Assembly: GCA_951406725.2 (NCBI GenBank)
Contig: OX597832.1
Coordinates: 54,994,001 to 55,058,000, forward strand
Reading direction: 5' to 3'
Length of the DNA stretch: 64,000 nucleotides
Source: Octopus vulgaris
Taxonomy: Eukaryota
Below, piece by piece: positions 27,154 to 40,835 of this stretch (position 1 is the stretch's first letter; each line of letters opens with the position of its first letter). The notes beneath the pieces are model-generated. The model was not told the DNA's origin. It saw nothing but the letters and a program-made list of their open reading frames with translations, and searched no databases. The translations under genes and the position numbers were made by a program.

Positions 27154-28104
27154 CATACATACATAAACATATAGACATGCATACTTAAAGTAAACAAACG
27201 CACGTGAACTGCAATAAGGATATCTTAATTCCTCTTATCGAAGCATTTACTCATGGAGAGTGCTCTAGGACTAAAGTGAAATTTATTACGGGGCTATATC
27301 CAATGCCTATGTACAAAAAAAAAACAAGAAACGGAGAATTGTATCTCTCGAATATAGCCATATAAAGAGAATTTGTACGTGTTTGTGTATGCGGCGCGTG
27401 TGTGTATGTGCGCATGTGTGTATGTGCGCGTGTGTGTGTGATTGCGCGTGCGCGAAACGAAGAGGGGAAGAAGACGGAACCATTTGCTAGTAGAGTTAGT
27501 GCCGATCTAAGCACGTGACCTTCATCATTCATTTCAACATTCCGTTAACCTGTAAGTGACACTGGCTCACCATTTGCTCACATAAATGTCGCTAACTTCT
27601 GATCTTTTGTACAGAATCGAAAGAAGAGCGGCCGGAGAGTAATGGCGGAAAGGTGAGCGAGGAGAATTGTAAGATGGGGAATAAGAGAAGAATATGAAGG
27701 AAGTGGAGGGGGTGGAAGTAGGAGTAGAGGAGACTACAGGGAAGGAGGGAAATATAGTTCAAATACGATAAAGAGAGAAGACATGACGGATAGGTTAGCA
27801 AAAGGAGGCCTAATCTCGTGCCATGTACATAGGTGGAAGGCGATAAAGTGTGAAATATTAAAAGAAATTCTTGATCTCTCGTTTCTCACGCACACCGACA
27901 TAGCAGGGCCAGTCACAGCTGGCGGCTCCTTGCGTCTACTGGACTCGGCGCCTGCTTCTTGCTGTAAATACAAACTGGAGTTGGCGAAGGCAGAAAAAGG
28001 CGGAGGAATAGGAGGAGGAAGAGGGAGAGGAAGGGGAGGCGAGTGAGTGACGGAAAAGTGGGGTGAGGAAGTGGGGAAGTAGATATAATTATTAGCGGTG
28101 GGGA

Positions 28105-28575
28105 AGGTGGTGAGGAGACGGAATCGTTAGCACGTTGGACAAAAGGCCTAGCAGTGATTTCTTCCTGTTTCTTTACGTCGTGAGTTCAAATTTCACACAG
28201 GTCGACTTTACATTTTATCCTTTCGGGCTCGATAAAATAAAGTACCAGTTGAGCACTGGGGTCGATGTAATCCTCTTACCCATTCCTCCTAAGATTTCAA
28301 ACCTTTTACCAACAGTATAAGTGAATTTTGTTACTTTTATATTATATGTGCCTATAAAGGCAGTGAGCTGGCAGAATCGTTGGCACACCAGGCAAAATAC
28401 TTAGCGGCATTTCGTCTGTATTTATGTTCTGAGTTCAAATGCCACCGGGGTCAACTTTGTCTTCCATCCTTTCATGGTCGATAAATTAAGTACTAGTAGC
28501 GTACTGGAGTCGATCTAATCGACTGCCCCATCTCCCACCAAATTTCAGGCTTTGTGCCTATACTAGAAAGGATTA
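28105..28575 (+). mobile_element. Two tandem SINE family 2 copies
   Basis: Heads at about 28110 and 28358. Confidence 0.8.
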
Positions 28576-28609
28576 TGTGTGCGTATATGTGTGTGCATGT
28601 GTATGTAGG

Positions 28610-29145
<536 letters not shown>

Positions 29146-29155
29146 AAAGTATATG

Positions 29156-29253
<98 letters not shown>

Positions 29254-29389
29254 TATGTATAATTAAATAATAAAGGTGGCTGGAAGTAAGTTAATACAAA
29301 AACGGAAATGATTCACCGTCGCTAAAAGTGACGAAGGGTACAAAGGGAAAGGTTACCATCACCGCTAGAAATAGGAGTGAAAGACTCCT

Positions 29390-29415
<26 letters not shown>

Positions 29416-29421
<6 letters not shown>

Positions 29422-29495
29422 TAAGTATAGGAAAGAATGGAGCTGAACGAAGATTTAACAAAGTTCAGCTCCATTCTTTCCTATACTTAATATAT
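29416..29495. repeat. Perfect inverted repeat, 33-bp arms, 14-nt spacer
   Basis: ATATATTAAGTATAGGAAAGAATGGAGCTGAAC / GTTCAGCTCCATTCTTTCCTATACTTAATATAT. Confidence 0.9.
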
Positions 29496-29649
29496 TAAAT
29501 TAAACTTCAAATTTCCGCACTAAGGCACGGAGTTTATGCCCTATGGTCGTAACTTCAACCGTGCCCTTTCTGTTGTGAGTTTGCTACCCAGGTCTCGGTT
29601 ATCTTTCGAATTATCCGTAATAAGATAATTCATTTGTCTACTTAAATAA

Positions 29650-29717
<68 letters not shown>

Positions 29718-30039
29718 ATACAAACTGAGACAAGAACGCAAAACATTTAGAAAACGATACAAAAAACACGGACGGGACATTCGAGGCCTTCAATCTTCAG
29801 TCAAGAACCGGATCATCCTCGCAATATCGGCCCATTTGCCAAACATCCTCTCTCCTCCTCCTTTAGATGTGATATATATATATATATATTTAAAAATTGT
29901 CGCTTCAAATTGGAGAATAAGTACCATTGTGATATATATTAATATACAGTTATTATACTATGAGCCTTCCATGGTATCTTTCTCTCCGTAACTCGCAAAG
30001 CCTTTCGGGTTTGTTTATAAAAATATTATTTGTGTAGTT

Positions 30040-30255
30040 TCCTTTTCTACTCTAGGTACAATGCCCAAAATTTTGGGAGAGGGGGCAGGTGATTAGATCG
30101 ACCCCCAGTATGCATATGGTGCTTAATTTATCGACCCCGAAAGGATGAAAGGCAAAGTCGACCTCGGCGGAATTTGAACTCAAAACGTAACGGCAGACGA
30201 AATGCCGCTAAGCATTTCGCCCGGCGTGCTAACGTTTCTGCCGGCTCACCACCTT
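30040..30255 (-). mobile_element. SINE family 2
   Basis: Reverse complement of the consensus. Confidence 0.85.
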
Positions 30256-30299
30256 CAATAATAACAACTACAACAACAACAATAATAATAATGATAATT

Positions 30300-30726
30300 A
30301 ATTCTTTATATTGGCCACAAGGGCTGACACACATGATTGGAAAACATAAAGGGACAAAACAGGACGAAAGGTTACAAAAAGTTTTTGTCCGTTTTTCGAA
30401 AGAAAAAGGTCCGTGTAAACAAGCTTTACAACAAAGAAAAAATTCAACAATTTACAATACTCCCAGCAGAGGAGGCGCTTCGAAAAAAATAAAGGTCTCA
30501 CGTGGAAAAACCCATAAAAGCCAAGGGAGCCTGGTCAAAAGGGGAGTAGAGAGCCCTTTCTCCTTTTATAATACCTTTTTCAATTACAGGCGAAACCTCA
30601 GAATTGGTCCATTTATACTGGCCATTCTTGCACAATTCACCCACCTTTCAGAAAACTTGCTACCTGACAGCACTCTCCTCTCTAACCTCATCTTCCTTTT
30701 CAAGTTTCACTTGAAAAAGTTGATGC
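30300..30726 (-). mobile_element. L1/Tx1-like LINE 3' end (ORF2 terminus plus 3' UTR)
   Basis: INFFK*NLKRKMRLERRVLSGSKFSERWV..; aligns with the end of the 55.9 kb fragment (INIIKFRLKRKLRV). Confidence 0.7.
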
Positions 30727-31534
30727 AAATAGTGGCTGCAATAAGGGTGGAGCACTTGCAAAAACAGCACTACTTGGAACCGCTCGAATACTCCTTAGTT
30801 CACTGACACCGTAGCACATCTCCAGCATTAGAAGCTGTACAAAGGCAATAATAATAAGAAGAAGAACAAATAAATAAATAAATAAATAAAAACGTAACTT
30901 TCTATCCAACGAAAGTAATAAATGTTTTTGAGTTGGTCTGAATTGGTCAACACTGCTCAATGTAATAACGATTTCTCACGTAAGAGGAAATTCGGAAATA
31001 ATGGAACCAGATATTTTCGCTTTAATTGATTCCGGCACTTGACCACTACTTAATTTATCGACCCCACAAAGGTTGAAAGGCAGAGCCGACCTGAGGGGAA
31101 TTTGTATTAAGAACTTAAAAGTGCCTAATTAAATGCTGATAATAATGTCTCTCGTTCGATAATTAGCCAGAGGCACAGTATGAAGAGAATGGTAAATATA
31201 AGCATTAACTTTACTGCAGCCGAATTGGTGAAAATGTAAGTGTGTCGTATAGTAATCGTTGTGAGCGTGGTTACTTTAATCATTTGAAATTTTAGAGGCG
31301 TATAAGGGATGAGGTAAACACTGTTGAACAATGATTACGTCAACCGAGGACAAGGGAGATAACTAAAAGATATTCTTTGAATTTAGTTGATGCACAGGTG
31401 AATCAGAATGGAGAAGAGAGAAGGGGAAGATAGAGGAGAGAAAGCAGGAAGAGGAGGTGTAGGGGAAGAAGAAGAGGAGGAAGGGGAGGAGGAAGGGGAG
31501 GAGGAGGCGGAGGAGGGGGAGACCCCCTTCGGTC

Positions 31535-31661
31535 TGGTGCAACGTGAAAAATAAAGAGTCTTGTTTGAGAATACAACACGCAACACGGTCCGGGAATTGA
31601 ACTCACAACAAACTGACGATCGTAAGCTCGACGCGCTAACCACTGAGCCATGCGCCTTCAC
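31535..31661 (-). mobile_element. SINE family 3 5' part (tRNA-like head)
   Basis: GGCGCATGGCTCAGTGGTTAGCG...GAGTTCAATTCCC (A and B boxes). Confidence 0.75.
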
Positions 31662-31662
31662 A

Positions 31663-31755
<93 letters not shown>

Positions 31756-31756
31756 A

Positions 31757-31864
<108 letters not shown>

Positions 31865-31911
31865 TAGATACATACATACATACATACATACGTCATACAT
31901 AGATACATACA

Positions 31912-32109
31912 TACTCTTTACTCTTTTACTTGTTTCAGTCACTTGACAGTGACCATGCAGGAACACCACCTTTAGTAGAGCAAATCGACCCTTTATAAAC
32001 CTAGTACTTATTCTATAGGTCTCTTTTGCCGAACCGCTAAGTTACTAAGATGTAGACTCACCAGCATCGATTGTCAAGCGATGTTGGGAAGACAAACACA
32101 CACACACAC

Positions 32110-32186
<77 letters not shown>

Positions 32187-32352
32187 TACGACGGGCTTCT
32201 TTCAGTTTCCGTCTTCCAAATCCACTCACAAGGCTTTGGTCGGCCCGAGGCTATAGTAGAAGACACTTGCCCAAGGTGCCATGCAGTGGCACTGAACCCG
32301 GAACCATGTGGCTTGTAAGCAAGTTACTTACCACACAGCCACTCCTGCGCCT
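31912..32352 (-). mobile_element. SINE family 1
   Basis: Family consensus. Confidence 0.9.
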
Positions 32353-32960
32353 ACATACATAAATACATAATATATACTTAAATACATACGTGAATAAATA
32401 CATACATACATACATACATACATACATACATACATACACACATACATACATACATACATACATACATACATACATACATACATACGTACATACATACATA
32501 CATAAATACATACATACATACATACATACTTCCATACATACATACATGCATACATACATACATATATACATACTTCCATACATACATACATACATGCATA
32601 CATACATACATACATACATACATACATACATACATTCATACATACATACATACGTACATACACACATAATACATACATACACAGATACGTACATACATAC
32701 ATACATTCATACATACATACATAGATACATACGTACATACACACATAATACATACATACACAGATACGTACATACATACATACATTCATACATACATACA
32801 TAGATACATGCATACATACATACATACATACATACATGCATGCATACATACATACATACAAACATACATACATACATACGTACGTACGTACATACATACA
32901 TACATACATACATACATACATACATACATACATACGTACGTACGTACATACATACATATT
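32353..32960. repeat. (CATA)n microsatellite with higher-order variant units
   Basis: Visible directly. Confidence 0.95.
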
Positions 32961-33484
32961 TACATATTTACATAGTTGTATGTATATCAGGACAGCCGTA
33001 TATAACAGTTGTCCCCTCTTTCCAGCCTTCTTGATGTTTCTATTTCCAAATCATTATATTTAGAAACCTTCCCCGTTGCTTCAATCAATGTATCTTTTGT
33101 TTACAGGACATGACATCTCAATCACCGAACAATTTTTTCCTCCACCTCACACCTTACCCGCGTGTTCAGCCGTTGCTATGTCACATACTAGCGCCATATC
33201 ACCCGTGTGTGTGTGCGTCGATGACCTTACAAAGTTCGTGATCGTAACATAGTGGGTGGTTTTGAAGCTAAAACCATTAATAAATACCCGAGTGTTTGCC
33301 CGACATGTAAGTGAAAAGTATGTAAGCAGGTTCTCGGCTTCTAGCATGATTAATTTTAGCAGTGTTGTTGATTCAAGTTAGGCATGATCTCCCGGCTTTC
33401 TGCTAAGACTAAAACCAGTAGCTTGAATATACCACGCATTTCTCCAGCAACATATCTTATCATCATCATCATCATCATCATCAT

Positions 33485-33485
33485 C

Positions 33486-33534
<49 letters not shown>

Positions 33535-33536
33535 AA

Positions 33537-33585
<49 letters not shown>

Positions 33586-33593
33586 AAAGAAGA

Positions 33594-33645
<52 letters not shown>

Positions 33646-33695
33646 AAAGAAGTAGTAGTAGTAGTAGTAGTAATAGTAGTAGTAGTAAAAGAAGA

Positions 33696-33772
<77 letters not shown>

Positions 33773-33775
33773 CAG
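33485..33775. repeat. (GTA)n punctuated by AAAGAA
   Basis: Visible directly. Confidence 0.95.
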
Positions 33776-33777
33776 CA

Positions 33778-33974
33778 GTTTCAGTCATTTGACTGTGGAC
33801 ATGCTGGAGCACTACCTTTAGTCGAGCAAATCGACCCCAGAACTTATTCTCTGTAAGCCTAGTACTTATTCTATCGGTCTCTTTTGCCGAACCCCTAGTT
33901 TACGGGGCCGTAAACACACCATCATCGGTTGTCAAGCGATGTTGGGGTGTCCCAGTTTGTGTTTTTTACATTTA

Positions 33975-34018
<44 letters not shown>

Positions 34019-34210
34019 CATACATACATACATACATACATACATACATACATACGACGGGTTTCTTTCAGTTTCTGTCTGCCAAATCCACTCAAGGCTT
34101 TGGTCGGCCCAAGGCTGTCGTAGAAGACACTTGCCCAAGGTGCCACGCAGTGGGACTGAATCCGGAACTATGTGGTTGGTAAGCAAGCTACTTACCACAC
34201 AGCCACTCCT
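33778..34210 (-). mobile_element. SINE family 1
   Basis: Family consensus. Confidence 0.9.
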
Positions 34211-35214
34211 TCCCCCCATCTCCACAATTAGCATTAAAATGCGTACAAGAAAATCACTTACATACGCATATACATGCATACATACTTACATCCATTCATC
34301 CATACATACATACATGCATACATACATACATGCATACATACATACATGCATGCATGCATACATACATACATACATACATACATACATACATACATGCATA
34401 CATGCATACATACATACATAGATGCATACATACATACATAAATACATACATGCATACAAGCATACATACATACATACATGCATACATGCATACATGCATA
34501 CATACATACATACATGCATACATACATACATACATAACACTGCCTAAATACCAATCTTGAGAAATTAGGCTTCTCAAAACTAGAAAGGAGAAAGCTATTT
34601 CGAAGACTACAGGTACAATCCATCATTGGAACTGTAAAAATCTGTAAAACTTTCCAGAAATTTATCATATATATGATATATGAGTATATATGAGCATGTC
34701 TAGATTTGCAGCTATATGCATGAGAATGCATATATAAAGACAAAACATACAAATCTGCACACATACATACATACATACATACATACATACATACATACAT
34801 ACATACATACATACATACATACATACATACATACATACATACAAAAATACCCTGTTGTTGATGCTGAATTTCCAGTGACGGAGCCTTGGATTTAGGTTAG
34901 AAACCGAGACATTGCTCGATTGTCAAGAAATCTTGAAATAAAACTGGGATTTATGAAGGGTCAAAGTTGGGAACAGGCACAAAAGGGCAAGCTGAAAAAC
35001 ATACAGTAAATGCAGAGACGAACGAAAAACAGACACAGAAGGCACCCAGCTCTTCATCAGTTATCGGTCAGAGGGTCAAACGTATTTTCGCGCCTTTAAC
35101 GATGGTGTTGGTTCTCTTCTGATGACGAATGACAAGACCTGCCGGGAAATGGGACTGAATCATAACGGAAGGGACAAACAATAAATGGATAAACAAGCAA
35201 TACGGAAATAGACG

Positions 35215-35245
<31 letters not shown>

Positions 35246-35581
35246 TGTATGTATGTATGTATGTATGTATGTATGTATGTATGTATGTATGTATGTATGT
35301 ATGTATGTATGTATTTATGTATGTATGTATGTATGTATGTATGTATGTATGTGCGTGTATGTATGTATGTATGTATGTATGTGTGTATGGATGTATGTGT
35401 GTATGTATGTATGTATGCATGTATGTATGTACGTACGTACGTATGTATGTATGTATGTATGTATGTGTGTATGTATTATGTAAGTATGTATGCATGTATG
35501 TATGTATGTATGTATGTATGTATGCATGTATGTAAGTATGTATATATGTATGTATGTATGTATGCATGCATGTATGTATGG

Positions 35582-35623
<42 letters not shown>

Positions 35624-35654
35624 GTATGCATGTATACGTGTATGTATGTATTGC

Positions 35655-36277
35655 ATGGTCGGGTCGTCGGCGACTAAACCGGCAACCCCACCAAGCTAGC
35701 TTGGTGAGGAAGGTGTTTATTGGACACCCTGCGGGGTGAAAAACAAAACCCATCAAAGGGCGGAGGAACTCTTGGGAGTCAACGGCCATCCAATAAATGT
35801 GTAATTTCTTTTTCTCTTAAGGCTTAAGTCTGTATCATGCGCGGGGACATAGAAATAATCGGACTGAATACCCGATCGCGCGGTTAAACCATTGGGAGTG
35901 AAGGACTCCTAGCCTTTGTTAGGGCATCCTTCTAGGAGAAGGTAACTCACGTAACTGGGATAGCTCCGACATAAAACCTGCGGCTCAGTGGTTTCCGATG
36001 ATGTTGACTTGTTCTTCTTTTCGGATTATGGCTGCTGTTGCTTAGTTAGTGGGATTGACTCAGTGCACAGCCTTTCCTCACTTCAAATAAAATCTTCCTG
36101 CACAGGCATTACACGATAGCAACAGTGTTCATGATTGTTGATAGTGCTGTGAGCCTCAAATGAATAGCTGGCTGTAGCCTTAAAAAGCAAAAAGAAGTCA
36201 CATTCGATCTCAGCACCAATAACAGTTAAGCTTCGTGCAATGGCCATGCTCGATAACGAGGGGCAGCCATTATCATG
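35655..36277 (+). mobile_element. Probable RTE-derived non-autonomous element (structured 5' UTR-like part plus 3' tail) in (TATG)n
   Basis: GGGCATCCTTCTAGGAGAAGGTAACTC resembles RTE 5' UTR motifs; ends with the stem-loop CTCGATAACGAG followed by (TATG)n. Confidence 0.45.
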
Positions 36278-36354
36278 TATGTATGTATGTATGTATGTAT
36301 GTATGTATGTATGTATGTATGTATGTATGTATGCATGTATGTATTTAAAGAAAA

Positions 36355-36730
36355 TGAATCCCAACATTTTTATGCGCACAATTTGTGACAGACCCATGCC
36401 TTTCTTTTGCTGGGCTTAAATCTCATTTGCGAACCCATAAAAAACGAACCTCCGTTAACAGCCCTGTCTATCTATCTGGACATACTAGTCAATACCGTTT
36501 ATGCTATAAGGTGTGGAAATCTAGTAGAGGCCTCAAAAGAAATTTTAAGATCCACAAATATCAGTACTTAACTGTAGCTCTTAGTAGTCCAAACTGGATA
36601 TGCATTCTGTGGATGTCTTTTCAAAATATTCTCTGTTTTAAAAAGCCGCATCAAACGCCATGGTAGATCTAATGTGTAAGTACAAGAGGTGGTCATATTC
36701 TACCTATGGAGTAGACAACCACCACCATCA
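36355..36730 (+). mobile_element. LINE (RTE-like) 3' end with decayed C2H2 zinc fingers
   Basis: ..ICDRP/CLSFAGLKSHLRTH; RLCYKVWKSSRGLKRNFKIH; AFCGCLFKIFSVLKSRIKRH; frameshifted; microsatellite tail. Confidence 0.6.
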
Positions 36731-36764
36731 TGTATGCATGTATGTATGTATGTATTTATGTAAG

Positions 36765-37086
<322 letters not shown>

Positions 37087-37304
37087 ATAACAAAAAGATG
37101 ATGTACGACAGCAAACAAGCATGGAATGTATTAGGTTATCGCTCAGGAAATTGGAAGAAAAGAAAAAATGGGTTTTTTTTACACATTGTGAGCAAACAAA
37201 CTTCTGAAAGACAAGAAGGAGAAGAAATAACAGGGAATGAAAATGGAGAAAAGGATCGCTCGTGTATACAGCCATCATGGCATGCTTATGTATAAGTAAA
37301 AAAA

Positions 37305-37560
37305 TAAATAAATGCGCCCTTTTAAGGCCTTGCCAGGCTCATGGGCCCGGTTTACCGGTTTCTATGGCGTATGTGTTCCTCAGCTGGACGGGACGCCAGT
37401 CCATCGCAGCGTTACTCATTTTTGCCACCCGAGTGGACTGGAGCAATGTGAAACGAAGTGTTTTGCTCAAGAACACAACGCGTCGCCCGGTCCAGGAATC
37501 GAGACCACAATGTTACGATCATGGTGCTGACACCCTAACCACTAACCCATGCGCCTCCAC
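37305..37560 (-). mobile_element. SINE family 3 head with V-domain-like tail
   Basis: tRNA-like head, GTGTTCTTGAGCAAAACAC, then GCTGCGATGGACTGGCGTCCCGTCCAG (V-SINE-like). Confidence 0.8.
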
Positions 37561-37691
37561 TTCTGTATATGTGTATCAGCCGAAATTGCGAAGATGATCC
37601 GGTTCTTGACTAAAGATTAGAGGCTTCGAATGACCGTCCGTTTTTTGTGTCGTCTATTTGAGTGTTTTTTATATATATTTTTATACATACA

Positions 37692-37744
<53 letters not shown>

Positions 37745-37850
37745 CTGTAATTGTTCCATTGTTGTTGTTTTTTTGTTTTCCCGTTTGGATTAAAATTATA
37801 TATATATATATATATACATGTGTGTGCGTGTGTGTGTGTACGTGCGTGCA

Positions 37851-37883
<33 letters not shown>

Positions 37884-38315
37884 CTGTGTGTCTGTGTGTC
37901 TGTGTGTCTCAGTTCACAAAACATAAGGAAAAGTGTTCAGTACTGAAATGAGGTTGAATTCCGTCGGTTACTACTCCGAGTCGTGCAAGTATCTTTGCTT
38001 TCTGCAATTGAAAGACTGGAAATATGAATTACAATATTTATGACAAAAGACGATAAACGATGGCGGTCATTGAAAAGCCGAAGAATGTGGGCGGCGGCCA
38101 TTGAAATAGAAGCAAAGTGACTTCTGCAGCAGCGACAGTATTGTATATAGAAAGAACAAGACGAGAGGGTGGTGGTGATGATGATGATAGTGAAGAAGAA
38201 GAAGGAGGTGGAGGAGGAGGAGGAGGAGGAGGAGGAGGAAAGAAATAAAACATGAATAAATGAATGTAAATCAATAAACGAACGAATGAATAGATGAATA
38301 AATAAATAATTTAAC

Positions 38316-38343
38316 TTATAATAATAATAATAATAATAATAAT

Positions 38344-38401
<58 letters not shown>

Positions 38402-38424
38402 TTAATAATAATAATAATAATGAC

Positions 38425-38455
<31 letters not shown>

Positions 38456-38478
38456 TTAATAATAATAATAATAATAAC

Positions 38479-38542
<64 letters not shown>

Positions 38543-38545
38543 GTA
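38316..38545. repeat. (AAT)n microsatellite
   Basis: Visible directly. Confidence 0.95.
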
Positions 38546-38707
38546 AATGGAAATAAATTGATAAAATTAATAATAGTATGGCTACATATACATACATAAG
38601 ATCACACACATACATATATCAATATAAGCACAAATGTGCAAAAACCTACACTTGAACACGGATACACACATATACACATACATACAATACATACATACAT
38701 GTGTGTG

Positions 38708-38779
<72 letters not shown>

Positions 38780-39146
38780 CATACAGTTTGTCATACGTGT
38801 TTCTGTGTGTCTGTTTTCTCGTACATACACTCTGACCACGGCTTTCAACCGATTCTGATGAAACTTGACACACACATAGCCCAATGTCATAATTCAAAAC
38901 TAACGCAGCGAAAATTTTGAAAAGTTCCCCCAGTTCTGAAAAATCTGATAAATTCGACATGGGGTCGAGAATGAGAACCCAAACCACAGACCGTCTTCGG
39001 GGTCGACGCAATCCACCTGTTTTAACGCACTCAAAAAAAATTTACCATCATTTTTTTTCCATTTTTTTGCTATTTTTTGGCTATAACTCTCTAAAAATGC
39101 TTTATAGTTATTTCCCTTACAAACCTGAGCAACGCCGGGCGATAGT
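38780..39146 (+). mobile_element. Non-autonomous Helitron-like element
   Basis: Its 3' ~60 bp, including the hairpin CCTGAGCAACGCCGGG, match the Helitron end at 53620-53688. Confidence 0.65.
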
Positions 39147-39169
39147 AATATATATATATACATATATAT

Positions 39170-39252
<83 letters not shown>

Positions 39253-39267
39253 GATAGATAGATATAA

Positions 39268-39497
39268 GGCGGCGAGCTGGCAGAAACGTTAGCACGCCGA
39301 GCGAAATTCTTAGCAGTATTTCGTCTGCCTTTACGTTCTGAGTTCAAATTCCGCCGAGGTGGACTTTGCCTTTCATTCTTTCGGGGTCGATAAATAAAGT
39401 ACCAGTTACGCACTGGAGTCGATGTAATCGACTTAATCCGTTTGTCTATCCTTGTTTGTCCCCTCTGTGTTTAGCCCCTTGTGGATAGTAAAGAAAT
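39268..39497 (+). mobile_element. SINE family 2, monomer
   Basis: Full head, body and tail. Confidence 0.9.
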
Positions 39498-39509
39498 ATA
39501 TAGATAGAT

Positions 39510-39670
39510 AAGTTTCTTTATTGGCCACACAGGGCTGCACACAGATGGGGCAAGTTGCAAGGCAGAGCTTTTCTTTTGGGGGATGAAAAAAACAAAAAAC
39601 AAAAGAAACAAAAAAAAAGGGGGTGGCGTAGGTTTTCGATCAAGAGGGATCGTAAAAGGGAAGAAAAGAA
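39510..39670 (-). mobile_element. LINE 3' UTR fragment
   Basis: Ends GCCCTGTGTGGCCAATAAAGAAA, like the LINE end at 30300. Confidence 0.55.
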
Positions 39671-39674
39671 ATAT

Positions 39675-39752
<78 letters not shown>

Positions 39753-39838
39753 GGATAGATGGATGAATAAAGAGAGAGAGATTGGGGGTGCAAACACAGA
39801 TACATAGAGGTTATAGATGCATACCTTTGTGTACGTGT

Positions 39839-40835
39839 ATACGAAAGTGGGCTGAAAATTTCATAGGTTGATTATGAATGAGTGATGCTAGAGCTGTGAG
39901 GTCTTGCATGCATTAATTTCAACGCTTCTTATTAATTACTGAATTGTTTCTTCCCGAGTAATTTGACATTTTACCGTTTAACCCTTTAGTGTTCAGATTA
40001 CTCTGATAAATGTAATACTTTTTCACTCAAATTGTTTTGAATTAATCCTGGATCATCTTACAGCTTTGAGGTTTCAATGATGTGATTGCTTATTTTTAGA
40101 ATGGCATTGTAGGTTAGGTGTGAGAGGCTAGACATCGCCAGTTTGAATATAAAACATGTAGAATATATTGGGCCGGATTTGGCCAGTTTAAACACTAAAG
40201 GGTTAAAGAATATTTCAAAAGCAACTAGTAGCGACTTCTCTTGAAAACGGAGAAAATTTGCATCGTGATGTTATTAAGTACCTGTAGAAAAATGGCTGAG
40301 CCCCAAGGTCAGGTCATTCATGCTGACTTACTTGTTATTTTAGTGGGTGGTGCTTCAGCTTTATCAAGAATGGAAACGTGTGCAGACGTCCTGAGGCTGC
40401 CATCTCAGTGGAAAACATTGATGTATTCACCACATTTTGATGGAAGACAAGTGAGTGTCTATAAATCAAATAGCCAATGCTATAAGCATATCCCGCGAGA
40501 TAGTTGAGACTATACGGCACGATGAACGTGGCATGAGGAAGATCTCTGCTCGGTGAGGGTCACATCGTCTGACACCTAATCAAAAGCGCACAAGGTTGAT
40601 GACATCACGGGAAAAATCTGACATTGTCTGAAGCAAATCCAGTTGGTCTTCTTGAACGTCTCCTAGGCCAGGCTGGGTGTCGGGTTCATAGCATTGACTC
40701 AGAGATAAAGAGACAATCCATACAGGGGAAACGCCCTTCCTCCGTTGCCCCAAGGAAGATGAAGGTCATTTCATCGGCAGGGTAGGCAATGGCCTCAGTT
40801 TTGGAGGATGCAAAAAACACCGTGCTTCTTGACTA
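39839..40835 (+). mobile_element. Degenerate, 3'-truncated mariner transposon
   Basis: Left end TACGAAAGTGGGCTGAAAA; broken transposase ..INQIANAISISREIVETIRHDERGMRKISAR*GSHRLTPNQKRTR..EIKRQSIQGKRPSSVAPRKMKVISSAG*AMASVLEDAKNTVLLDY (WVPHxL and ETKRQS motifs decayed). Confidence 0.85.
39982..40202. mobile_element. piggyBac-type MITE nested in the mariner
   Basis: TTAA|CCCTTTAGTGTT ... AACACTAAAGGG|TTAA. Confidence 0.8.

Noticed and set aside
26661-27188. Recurrent ORFs such as [22 protein letters not shown] and [14 protein letters not shown]
   Set aside because: They are translations of SINE family 1 and family A copies; reading frames are not conserved between copies.
29560-29632. Permuted hammerhead candidate UUAUCUU..GAAAGAUAA on the minus strand
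   Set aside because: No CUGANGA downstream; a simple hairpin (GAATTATC/GATAATTC) explains it.
36385-36666. C2H2 zinc-finger gene
   Set aside because: Frameshifted, Cys/His ligands missing, and followed by a retroposon-like tail; better explained as a LINE 3' end.
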